From contig CM059432.1 in assembly GCA_030390025.1 (NCBI GenBank), positions 142,850,001 to 142,914,000 of the forward strand: a stretch of 64,000 bases of DNA. The letters are read 5' to 3'. The DNA is from Squalus acanthias (Eukaryota). The position numbers were made by a program, and so were the translations under genes. Below, piece by piece: positions 13,450 through 24,114 of this stretch. Numbering within the stretch: the stretch's first letter is position 1; each line of letters starts with the position of its first letter. The notes beneath the pieces were generated by a model, which searched no databases, was not told the origin of the DNA, and saw nothing but the letters and a program-made list of their open reading frames with translations.

Positions 13450-14146
13450 GGGCCAACATTTGCAATCGGAGGCTTCCCGCGGGCAGATGCCTCCGACTTG
13501 CAAAATGTCTACGAATTTACCTGGTGGCTCGGGAGGAATGGCGGCTTGCGATCCTGGGCCTCTCCGGGTCCACGCGGGCAGAGCCCCACGTATCCCAGGG
13601 GTGCAAGCGGTTCGTAGGCGCTCCTGGGATCACGTGGGCCGGCCCAACCAATGGAAGAAGGGAATCCCCATTCAACCTTTTGACAGTTCTGTACGCACGG
13701 AACCGTCAGAAGTATGAATGGGGATCACCTAAAAAGTACACCAACACATTAAATAAAAATTTTTTAATACATATTTTAAATTAATTAAGATGCCATTTCA
13801 TTAAATATTTTAAAACAAATTTAATTTTTGGGGAAAAAATTAACTTTTTACGGGGCTAAAAATAAACTTACCTTTTTGAAGAGTATTTTTAATTTATAAA
13901 TGAGTTATCAAATTTCATTTTTCTATTTTTTAAAAACTCTTAAGCTGGTAAAAGCAGGCATAAGAATTTGACAGTCATTCAGCGGGCGGAAATTGTGCAA
14001 AAAGCGCAACTCTCCACCCGCAGAGGCACTTTTCTTGGGCATGCGGATGATCTGTCAAGAGAATTCTTGACCAATCGCAAGTGCCGGGTTTCAGCGCATG
14101 CGCTTCGCACCTCGTACGCACCCGTAGGGGTCGCAAAATCCGGCCC
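13450..14146. mobile_element. MITE, PIF/Harbinger-like
   Basis: Ends GGGCCAACATTTGC / GCAAAATCCGGCCC with ATT on both sides (13447-13449, 14147-14149). GC-rich arms surround an AT-rich core. Confidence 0.7.
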
Positions 14147-14314
14147 ATTGTGTTAGTTGTGTGTAAAATTGAGAGTTGCATGAAGTGGTGCAGGGTAGAG
14201 TTTGAAAGTAAAAATATCATGTTTAGTGCACAAGTCAAAAGATGTGCTGAGGTAGAAATGTATTAATGTAAGCTTGTTGGTGCTTTAGGAAACTTTCATT
14301 TAACCCTCGCGCCA

Positions 14315-14665
14315 GACTTGAGCCTATAATCTAGGCTGACGCTACAGTGCAGTGCTGAGAGCGTGCTGCATTGTAAATGGTGCCACCCTTCAGATGAGAC
14401 ATTGAACTGAGGTCCTGCCTGTTGTTGTAGATGTAAAAGATCCCACGGCACCATTCGAAGAAGAGCAGGGGAGTTCTTTGCTTATGGGCAACATTCCTCT
14501 CTTAAACACCACCAAAAACTGACGGTCATTCATTGGCTGGTTTGGCAGACCTTTCTTAGCACAAATTGGCTGCTGCATTTATCTATATAAGTGTCTGCAC
14601 TTTAGAAGTAATCTACTGGCTGCAGAGTACTGATGAAGTGGAAGGTGCTGTATAAATGCATTTGT
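14315..14665 (+). mobile_element. Diverged Deu-domain SINE copy
   Basis: ctaggctgac...gtgcagtgctgag...gatcccacggcac...gaagagcagggg motifs in the expected order. Confidence 0.65.
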
Positions 14666-15299
14666 TAAAGTTTAGTGCTGTATGCTAAAGTTTTGCTGTA
14701 ATCAACAGTGTGAGCTAACCATGTTCAATGAAACTGTTCACCGGATAAGATACCCAAGAATTTATGCCCACGTTACAGATTAATGGAGCATCACATCCTA
14801 GCCAGTGCTGTTAATATTATGGTTGCAAAGGGTGAATGATGGTAAGCATATTGTTTTGAGGATTCAGTACATGAGGACTTGAGCACAATTTGCCAAAGCA
14901 CAAGACCCTCACGTACAGGAGCAATGCCAACTCATAATATTGCAACTTAATCTTGTAGGCATTTATCAGTTATCTAATGCTGTAGTTCCGAGTTCAATAC
15001 ATTAGCCACTAGCTAAATGTGGCTAAGTGGGTTTCTGATTGGTCAATAAACAATGAGTAACAGACACTGTCGTTGGGCCTGTGATCTCACGGCGTGTGCA
15101 TGTGAACTTGAACCTTTCTGTGTGATGATTGGTAAAATGGTGAGAGGAAAAGCGGAGAATGTGTGCGTGTTTTTTTGATTGATGTGAGTGCTTTACTTCC
15201 TTGGTTACTGAATGGTGTGAAGTACATTTACCTGTATTGTGTGTGTGAGGCGTTTTCTACTAAAATGCATGAATGTGGCTAAAACTGTGTAGCCGTGAG

Positions 15300-15725
15300 T
15301 TCGGATAGGAAGGGGGTGAGGCCATGGAGGGATTTTATCATGAGGATGAGAATTTTAAAATCAAGGTGTTGGACAATGTTCTCCCAATACAAAAGCAAAA
15401 TACTCTGGATGCTGGAAATCTGAAATAAAAACAGAAAATGCTGGAAGCACTTAGCAGGTCAGGCAGCATCTGTGGAGAGAGAAAGAGTTAACATTTCAGG
15501 TCGATGACCTTTTGTCAGAACTGTTATTTCAATGTTCCCCCTAATTTTTTTTTTTGGAGTGCGAGGTTGCTTTAACGGGCTGTGCAGGACCTCCGTGATC
15601 ACGGGTGAATGGGACATGCTGCGAGTTAGGATACGGGCAGCAGAGTTTTGGATGAGCTCAAGTTCATTGAGGGTGGAAGATGGAAGGCTGGCCAGGGGAA
15701 CATCGGAATAGTCGAGTCCGGCAAA
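15300..15725 (-). mobile_element. L2 internal fragments, interrupted by a pLTR
   Basis: LDYSDVPLASLPSSTLNELELIQNSAARILTR. Confidence 0.7.
15389..15523 (-). mobile_element. Family-B Penelope pLTR copy
   Basis: Homologous to 36520-36658 and 39299-39422. The ribozyme core has decayed (CTGACAA, GAAATGTT). Confidence 0.75.
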
Positions 15726-15989
15726 TAACACACAAATGTAAATATTTATTTATTGCCCATCCCTAGTTGCCCTTGACAGAGTTGTAGTGAGGTGCCTTCT
15801 TGAACCGGGGAGGGGAGGAGAGGGCGCACATGGTGCAGGTGTAAAGGGGGCGGGGGCGGGTGATCCAGGCCCAACCGAGGGTGCGAGAACATGATCTATC
15901 TTCCCATCTGGATCATCTCATCCCCTCTGCCCCTCTTTTAGACCTGGATCACATTCATTCCCAGCCCACTGTTCTCATCGTGCTAAACC

Positions 15990-16111
15990 TCCCCCCAAAC
16001 AAGTTCCTGACCTTCCCTCCCCGAGCTCCAGACCTCTCTTTCTCCCCCCACCCCCGGCCACCGAAGCTCCTCTCTCTCTGTGATCTCCTCTCTCTCTTCC
16101 CCCCTCCAATC

Positions 16112-16162
<51 letters not shown>

Positions 16163-16262
16163 CTCCTGATTTTCCCTCCGATCTCTCTTTCTCTCCTCTT
16201 CCCCCCTCACCCCGATCTCATCTCCCTCCCATGCCCTCTCTCCCCCCCCCCTCTCCCCCCCA
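15990..16262. repeat. C/T-rich low-complexity tract with a (CT)n core at ~16116-16160
   Basis: Direct reading. Confidence 0.85.
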
Positions 16263-17344
16263 ACCCATGCCAACACCCTGAACAATCCGATATCCTGACC
16301 TTCTCTGCAAGAGTGGAGTGAAGCATTGATCCAGTCGCGCATGCGCAGTACCTGAGTGCAGATGCGCGGTACCAAACGGGCGAGCATGCACAGAGGGAGT
16401 CAAACATGCATCGCAAATAATCACTCTGATGTTTTATTGCATGATTGTAATCAGGGGAGCAAATCTGATTTTTTTTTTTAGGGAAAAAATAAATGATTTG
16501 ATGTGACATCCCCAGCTCCGATGAGTTTTTTTTTTCCTTCTTCCCTTTTCAGGACCACCATGTATCACACCAGCGAGACAGGCACATGAGCAGTCTCCAA
16601 GCTCCGCCTTGGGTACTGTAGTGTAACCAGCTGGCTGGGGGTTTCTGGAGCCATGCAGGCTACTTTGCCCCCTGTTCTGTTAAAATTTCCTTTTCTTCTC
16701 CCTCATCTGTTTGGCAGTGCAGTTGAAATCGGAGAACTCATTGGGCTGGTTTTGCAGGTGAATCCCTGTCTTGTTATTCTGACAAATGCTCACTTTCAGT
16801 TCGAAATACTTTCAATTCGTGCTTTATAATGTTACCGAAACAACTCAAGAGGTTCATGTCGTTCATTACTTTTTTGGGATGCAGTGACCGTTATGCAGAC
16901 AAACACATTTTAATTGTGTTGTGAAGAAAGTTCTTGTACTTTTTACACCCTGAGAATTCTGCCGTTGCTTACGATTTGTGCAGTGCCATGCCCGTGTGAT
17001 ATAATTGACTAACTTGCTCTCGTTAGTTAGGCTTTGTAACAATTCTTCGGAACCCATGGCGCAAAAACATAGACACGTCTGGCACTCTCCAACACATACT
17101 GTCAATGCGCGACTGTTGAAAGATGCTTGTTTCGCAGAGAAGCACTTCCGAAACATTTCAGAAACTGTTCAATTAGTGTCAGGCTTGCATATTTCATTCT
17201 CCGAGCTTTGCATTCGAAAGAAAGAACTTGCATTTGTACCGTGCCTTTAACACCCTCGGAGCGTTCCAAAGCGCTTCCCAGCCAGTGGATTACTTGTGAA
17301 GTAGCGTCATTATTGTAATGTAGGCAAACACGGCAGCCAATGTG

Positions 17345-17732
17345 AGCGATATAGTGGCCTTGGAAAAGGTTCAGAGGGAAATGACGAGAATGATTGCTAG
17401 CTTGAAGAACCTCAGCTACTCGGATGGGCTCAAGGACCTTGGTCTATTTACATTAGAGCAGCGTAGTCTTAAGAGGTGACGTGATCAAGTTCTATAAAAC
17501 AATGCTAGGGCTGAATTGCATGCCTATTGATTAGATTATTTTAAGTTTGAGAGATTGGAGAGGACCAGGGGGCACGTATTTAAACTGTGCAAAAGTAGGA
17601 ATAGACTGGATGTTGGGCAGTTCTTTTCCCAGAGAGTAGTGAGCCTCTGGAATATGTTGCCGATTGGTGTGGCCAGTGCCGACTCTCTGCCTTCAAGAGG
17701 GAACTGGACCAGTTCTTGGCTGGGGCAAAAGA
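17345..17732 (+). mobile_element. Diverged CR1 fragment
   Basis: RTRGHVFKL...FFSQRVVSLWNMLP. Confidence 0.7.
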
Positions 17733-17960
17733 TAAGAAAGACTTGCATTTATATAGCGCCTTTCACGACCGCCGGCAAAGCACTTTACAGCCAATGAAAT
17801 ACTTTTGAATAGGAGTCACTGTTGTAATGTAGGAAACGTGGCAGCCAATTTGCGCACAGCAAGCTCCCACAAACAGCAATGGCAGCAAGCAACAAAGAGA
17901 TAAATGACCAGATAATCTGTGTCCGTGCTGTTGGAGGGATAAATGTTAGCCTGGACACTG
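17733..17960 (-). mobile_element. Deu-domain SINE 3' part
   Basis: gacttgcatttatatagcgcctttcacgacc...agctcccacaaacagcaat. Confidence 0.7.
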
Positions 17961-19437
17961 GCTATCTATAATCATGCACATTTTTGGTCAGGTTTACTGT
18001 TGTAAATTCTTCACTTGGTTCTGTAAAATCACACCACTCATCATTCCAATGTACTGTTACTGTCTAAAGTGGGGCTTTGTTTGCTTACATCTCCAAAATC
18101 CAAGTTGAAGAATTCAAGTATGAGAACATTCATATTGAGTTTTACGAGTTTCAGTTTAGGGTGTGCAGAAACCGAGTTAATTGTGATGTGAAAGTTACTC
18201 AGCTTTTGAAGAAATGTAATTGCAGGAAGTGGTGGGAAACTGCACGGTTCCTGGTCTGTGGTTTTACTGTGTGCTATTTACTGGCAGGTAAATGCAGACT
18301 GTTGCTGCAGGAAAATGCCAGGAGTTCCTTCAGACTTGTAGTTGATGATAGACTGGATTTATAGGACCCTGAAACTAACCACACAGCAGCAGGATATGCA
18401 ACAAGTTTATTGAAAAACCACAGGAAACACCATCTGCACTTGTGATGCTTAGTCAAAGGAATGCATCTTGGATTTTTCTGAAGAAATAAAAATGACACAT
18501 CTCGCGTTTTAGGCAGGGAATGTGGTAGAGACTGGCCTTTGAGTCTGGACTTTAATGGGACCAGTCAGCACGCTGACCGCTGCACGTCACATTTGCAAAG
18601 CATCAGAATCTCTCTGATCTGCGATGTTTGTTTGTGGCATTTGTTCCTTCAGGATCAAAGTAACACAGCGAACTGAGCATCTTTTATCCCTAATAATGGA
18701 TACTTCTCTGGACCAGTTTTCAGTGTGGCTTATTTGTGTGCCAGTAGCATACAACAGAAAGACTCGAGTTGCCAAGTTTAGTATTAACCCTCCTCTGGTG
18801 TTGAGGTCAAATTACTCGTTTCATGTTGAATGTCTGTTATCATTAGCATTGTAGAAAGTTTGAGTTGGTTGGTTTCATAGTATACCAAGCAACCTACTGC
18901 TATCCGTGAGAAGTGCAGTTGGATCTGGAATAATAAGTAGGCCCTCAGGACTACATCAGAAGGGTGTTTGTGGATAAAAAGCTGCACCATTTTATTGACT
19001 TTTTCCTTTTCTGCAAAGCTAGGAAGTGAATAATATTTCCCCACTGACCATTTCACTAATTTACTGGGACCAACGCAATTGTGTAGTTTCACTCTCCTGC
19101 AGATAAAATCAATCTGGTTATATGGTTTTTCATCAACTGAGAACTATCCAAAAAGCCCTGGTTCCAGTACTGGAGCTGAAGTTGCATTTATTGATGTGGC
19201 TCTATTGAGGGGTGGTGTTTTGGGTTTTATAAACAGGGGCATAGAGTGTAAGAGCAACGAAGTAATGGGAAATTTGTAACACAACATTGGTTCGGCCAAA
19301 GAGTTCTGTGTGGAGTTTTGGGCGTTTTGTGTAGAAAAGGCTTTAAAGCCATACAGAGCGTAGAGACTAGATTCATCAGGATGATATCCGGGTTGGGAAA
19401 CTGGTTACGAAGAGATGCTGGGACTATTTTCACTGGA

Positions 19438-19715
19438 ATGTGAGAAGTCGCACAACACCAGGTTATAGTCCCAACAGTTTTATTTGAAATTACAAGCTTT
19501 CGGAGCTGCTGCCCCTTCGTCAGGTGAAGTAAAGGAATACGAATCGATAAAGCATATATAGATGATTCGTCGATTCGTATTCCTTTACTTCACCTGACGA
19601 AGGGGCAGCAGCTCCGAAAGCTTGTAATTTCAAATAAAACTGTTGGACTATAACCTGGTGTTGTGCGACTTCTCACTTTTGTCCACCCCAGTCCAACACC
19701 GGCATCTCCGCATCA
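19438..19715. mobile_element. Fold-back Penelope pLTR-type insertion (family A) with 13-bp target-site duplication
   Basis: Arms 19440-19547 and 19570-19676 are reverse complements apart from a 1-nt indel. They are flanked by TATTTTCACTGGA at 19425-19437 and 19716-19728, and the insertion interrupts a CR1 fragment. Confidence 0.8.
19589..19628 (+). ncRNA. Minimal hammerhead-ribozyme-like motif (family A); mirrored on the - strand in the left arm
   Basis: CTGACGA (19594-19600), A, stem II GGGGC-agca-GCTCC, GAAA (19616-19619), palindromic AGCT, candidate NUH triplet CUU. Stem I is weak. Confidence 0.6.
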
Positions 19716-19743
19716 TATTTTCACTGGAGCAGAGAATGGTAAG

Positions 19744-20186
19744 CAAGAAAGACTTGCATTCGTATAGCGCCTTTCATAACCTCGGGACGTCCCAAAGCGT
19801 TTTACAGCCAATGAAGTACTTTTGAAGTGTAGTCACTGTTGTAATGTGGGAAACGCGGCACCCAGTTTGCGCACAGCAAGCTCCCACAAACAGCAATGCG
19901 ATCATGACCAGATAATCTGTTTTAGTGATATTGATTGAGGGATAAATATTGGCCAGGACACCGGGGATAACTCCCCTACTCTACTTCTAAATATTGCCAT
20001 GGGATCGTTTACGTCCATCCGATAGGCCAGATAGGGCCTCGCTTTAACGTCTCGTCCGAGAGTGCAGCACTCCCTCAGTACTGACACTCAGTCTGGATTT
20101 TGTGCTCAAGTCTCTGGAGTGGGACTTGAACCCACAAACTTCGTTCTCAAAGGCGAGAGTGCTACCACTGAGCCATGGCTGACACC
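19744..20186 (-). mobile_element. Deu-domain SINE, near full length, inserted in a CR1
   Basis: Reverse-complement homolog of 43671-44097. Confidence 0.8.
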
Positions 20187-20471
20187 GAGAAGAGATGATT
20201 TAATTAAGGTTTTTTAGTTAATGAAGGGTTTTGATCGAGTGAATAGAACAGGCCTATTTCCTCTGGTTGTGAAGTCAATGAGGTGGGGTCATCAATTTAA
20301 AATTATTACTGAAGGAGCAGAGAGATGAGGAGAAATTTCAGTGAATTTTTGAAGCATGAAATGCTTTGCCTCTGGGGGTGGTTGAGGCGGAGACCACTGC
20401 ATCTTTTAAAGGAAAGTTAGATAAATATTTGAAGTAGTGGAAGATACAAGAGAACATGGCAACAGGACTAG

Positions 20472-20607
20472 TTCTGATGAAAGGTCATCGACCTGAAACA
20501 TTAGCTCTGTTTCTCTCTCTCCACAGATGCTGCCTGACCTGAGTATTTCAAGCATTTTCTGTTTTTATTTCAGATTTCTAGCATCTGCAGTATTTTGCTT
20601 TTGTATT
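20472..20607 (+). mobile_element. Solo family-B Penelope pLTR with hammerhead-like motif and 8-bp flanking duplication
   Basis: GTT-CTGATGA-A-AGGTC-atc-GACCT-GAAA-CATT, homologous to the PLE end at 39299-39422. AGGACTAG occurs at 20464-20471 and 20608-20615. Confidence 0.8.
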
Positions 20608-21902
20608 AGGACTAGCCTTGGAGTGATCTACCAAAGAGCCCGCAAAGGCATGATGGGCTGAATTGGCCTCCTTCCATTCTCTAAAATACTTAGATTCTAT
20701 GGGGGTGAAATCACTCCCTCAAATTTCTTACAATCACACTTTCTAACTCTCAGCTGCCTAACCTTTGGCCCACAGTTGCTTCAATTACTTCTACAGCAGT
20801 AAACTTCCTCACCTCTATTATCAGTGTCCTGATCTCAGCGAAACCTACATTATTTACTGCCCACCCCTTCAAATCAGAGGGGTGCAAAGCTGGCACATAA
20901 TTGGTTTCGCCATGCACTGCCAGGTCTAACTTGACCATATCAATATCTACAAACTTGCATTCTCCATTTGCCAGGACTGTTCTGGAGATGAACGTTAACC
21001 CCAGTCTCCTTTCCTACACTGCTGGCAACCTCCCTAAACTGCTCTTCCTTACCTCTAACAAGTGCAATGAGCTCATGGATTTCTCTGTCACCAAGTTTGA
21101 GACTAGCCTTCAGCCACCTCCTCTGCTTTCTCTCCTTCCCCACCTTCACCTTGTCCCCTTAGTCAAATGCCCGCTTACCCTCAGCCTTGTTCCTGTATCG
21201 CGCTCTCTAGTTTCTCTCATGTCTCCCGCTACCTTTTCCAAGTTCATTGTGTCCATGAGACCTATGGCTATTTCCCTGGACTCCATTCCATCCCTCTGAT
21301 CACCCAGCTCCTGATCACCCAACTTCCCTTCCTGATCCCATGCTAGCTGATGTTGTAAATGGTTCCCTTTCATCTGGCGCTGTGTCCCTTCATTTGAAAG
21401 CTACCATAATTTCTCTTCCGCCCCCACCTCCCTTTCCAAAAAAAACATCTTTGACCCTGGTGTTCTGGAAAAACAACCCTTTAAATGATGGGTGACTTGG
21501 ATAACATGTCAGATGGTTCACTGTTATTACCAGTCACACCCACTAAACTGAGCAAACGAAAGTGGTGGCCTGGCAATACTCATGTTTAAAACTTTACATA
21601 CTTAAGTGTTAGGGTTGCTGAAGATCTTTTTATATTAAAAAAACCTATTGTTACAAATCATGTATGTCAAATCACAGGTTTGTGATTTTGTTTCAGTAAT
21701 AGCTTTATGTAGTTGAATAACAAGCTAAAGTCCTGTTCATTGGAGCGTTCGAAATCTTATCCTTCCTATTGATTATGCAATTAAAGGTTTGTCACTTTAC
21801 CAAGTCAGAGGACCATTTTAAGACCCATTACAACTTGTGTGGAGACATAAATGATAGAATTGCCTTGTTGTTGTAAAGATTCTCTCTTTCCCTTCATTGC
21901 AG

Positions 21903-22005
21903 TATGCTTGCCGAGAAACTGAATATGACTCCTGAAGAAGCAGAGAGATGGATTGTCAACTTAATTCGAAATGCAAGGCTGGATGCAAAAATAGATTCAA
22001 AACTG
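21903..22005 (+). CDS. EIF3E: EIF3E internal coding exon (third from last), PCI-domain C-terminal part
   Basis: Encodes [34 protein letters not shown], recognisable as vertebrate eIF3e. It is preceded by a polypyrimidine tract and AG (21901-21902), followed by GTAAG at 22006, and ends on a codon boundary. Confidence 0.97.
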
Positions 22006-22767
22006 GTAAGAGTTTTTTTTTGGTTTGTGTGTTTGTCTCTGGCAGACGTAATGTCATGTGTCATTCGCAAATGCTGGAGTCACAAAGACCATGAGTGTGA
22101 TGGCCTAAACTTGGACTTATCGGTGTTTGTCTCCAGAAGCATGCGGGAATGATTCTTCATTTGCTCACCCTCCATGTACAAGTGAGAGATTGTATCAATG
22201 CACAGTTGACAATATCCGTGGATGCTCTTCCTTTCAGCGGTGTGCACTCCTGAGTGGCAGGATGATCTCCTGTTCCGCAGTATATAACAACTTCTTGCAT
22301 TTATATAGTGCCTTTAAAGTCGTAACATGTCTCAAAGGGGCTTCACAGGAGTGTTAGCAGGCCTGTGCCATTAGTCTTTTTTCTTCTCCTGTCAGTCTGC
22401 AGCACATCTTTTGTTTTTCCACATAAGAAAAAGTTAGGCTACGTGTGGAATAGCCACTTTATGATTTAAGAACATAAGAAATAGGAGCAGGAGTAGGCCA
22501 TACGACTCATCGAGCCCGCTCCTCCATTCACTAAGATCATAGCTGAACTTCTAGATCAACCCCACTTTCCTGCCCAATCTCCATATCCCTGGATTCCCAT
22601 AGTATCCAAAAATCTATCGATCTTGGCCTTGAATCTTACTCAACGACTGAGCATCCACAGCCCACTGGGGTAGAGAATTCTAAAGATTCACCACCCTCTG
22701 AGTGAAGAAATTTCTCTTCATCTCAGTCCTAAATGGCCGACCCCTTATCCTGAGACTATGACCCCTA

Positions 22768-24114
22768 GGGGTAAAAATTCACTTGGTTGCGCCACCCGTT
22801 AGCGCCTTAAGAGGGCGCTAATGGGGCGTTAAGCCGCTAACGCCCGGGCGCAGCGATGTTTGCGCCGCTCGAGAACTTAACTTGAGATTGTGCGGCGGCG
22901 CTAAAACTTACCGCTGCGACCACCTGCGCGCGCAGATTGTGGCGTCATTCCATGGTGCAACGCCCTTGGGGCGCCCCGTAGCGGAAATTGAGTGGCGCCC
23001 CCTGCCTTACCGCCTGGCGCTTCCAACGACCAGAAGGCAACACGGTGGCATAGTGGTTAGCACTGGTGCCTCACAGCGCCAGAGACCCGGGTTCGAATCT
23101 GACCTCGGGTGACTGTCTGTGTGGAGTTTGCACATTCTCCCCGTGTCTGCGTGGGTTTCCTCCGGGTGCTCCGGTTTCCTCCCACAGTCCAAAAATGTGT
23201 GGGTTAGGTTGATTTGGCTATGATAAATTGACCCTTAGTGTAAGGGGGGATTAAATATGTGGGGTTATGGGGATAGGATGGGATATGTTAGGGGGAATTA
23301 AATACGTGGGGTTACGGGGGTAGGGTGGGATATGTGTACTGTGGGGATTAAAGCAGGGACAGGGTACTGGATTTGGATGATCAGCCATGATCGTATTGAA
23401 TGGCGGAGCAGGCTCGACGGGCCGAATGGCCTACTCCTGCTCCTAGATTCTATGTTTCTATGTTTCTATGTTTCTATGTTTCTATGTAAGACTGGAACGC
23501 TATCAATCGCTGTGGGGCTGGGGGGGGCGCTATTTAAAGGGGGCCTCTTCCTGTCTTTTATTGTTGGTGGCATTTTTGAACTACGCATTCTGAGAGAGAG
23601 AGGGAGAGACTTCTGGAGAGATTCAACGTTGTGTGAAGGAGTTTTGGGTACTGAGCAGCACTTTGCAGGTTCATTTTGATTTGCCATTCCTTGTATCGAT
23701 TTAGCAGAGACCGTGGGAGCTGCACTCTGAGCTCTTTGCCTGGTGCTCTCCATTGTTCTTTCCAGCACATTTGATGTGCAAGTCTCTCCAGGCCGAGATT
23801 CAAGGCAGCAATGAACAGGATGTGGATGGAAAGCAAGATTAACCATCCCCTTTAAGAACTGGCCCGTGCCATTGTGTGTGTGTTCCATTGCTGACTGACA
23901 TTACATGAGCTTCGCCAGCGCTCCGAGTTAGCGCCTCACTGCTCGGCCTTTGCGCCTTAAGAGAGGTGTGCAGCGCCTGCTTTAGCGCTCCACTCACCTC
24001 CCGGGGCGGTAAAAGTGAAGTTTCCCGTCAGTGCCGATAATTAGCGCCAGGCGCTAATATTTGCGTCCGGACGATATTTGTGCCCCAAATGGGGCGCGAC
24101 CTAATTTCTACCCC
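22768..24114. mobile_element. Non-autonomous DNA transposon, PIF/Harbinger-like, inserted in a CR1 and containing a nested SINE
   Basis: TIRs GGGGTAAAAATT / AATTTCTACCCC (11/12) with a 3-bp TSD CTA (22765-22767, 24115-24117). Removing the insert restores the CR1 sequence seen uninterrupted at ~28960-28990. GC/CpG-rich subtermini with repeated TTAGCGCC/GGCGCTAA. Confidence 0.8.
23036..23487 (+). mobile_element. tRNA-derived V-SINE (HE1-like) with CR1-type tail
   Basis: A/B boxes (TGGCATAGTGG, GGTTCGAATC), V-domain GTGTGGAGTTTGCACATTCTCCCCGTGTCTGCGTGGGTTTCCTCCGGG, CR1-like 3' end GGGCCGAATGGCCTACTCCTGCTCC and a (TCTATGTT)n tail. Confidence 0.85.

Larger units (their letters stand above)
19215..20700 (+). 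mobile_element. Old CR1 3' fragment interrupted by three younger insertions
   Basis: LGFINRGIECKSNEV at 19220-19270. It resumes after 20186 and ends with tgggctgaattggcctcct. Confidence 0.7.

Noticed and set aside
1..21900. Upstream EIF3E exons
   Set aside because: I found no eIF3e-like peptide (e.g. NDFFLVAC...FCRIHQC) by eye or in the ORF track. These exons probably lie left of the window.
22006..22152. Extension of ORF 21904-22152 (likewise 29682-29849) as coding sequence
   Set aside because: Read-through into introns beyond canonical GT donors; similarity to eIF3e stops at the splice sites.
23036..23110. tRNA gene (also 43671-43735 and 20110-20186)
   Set aside because: These are tRNA-like heads that continue into SINE bodies and tails, not stand-alone tRNAs.
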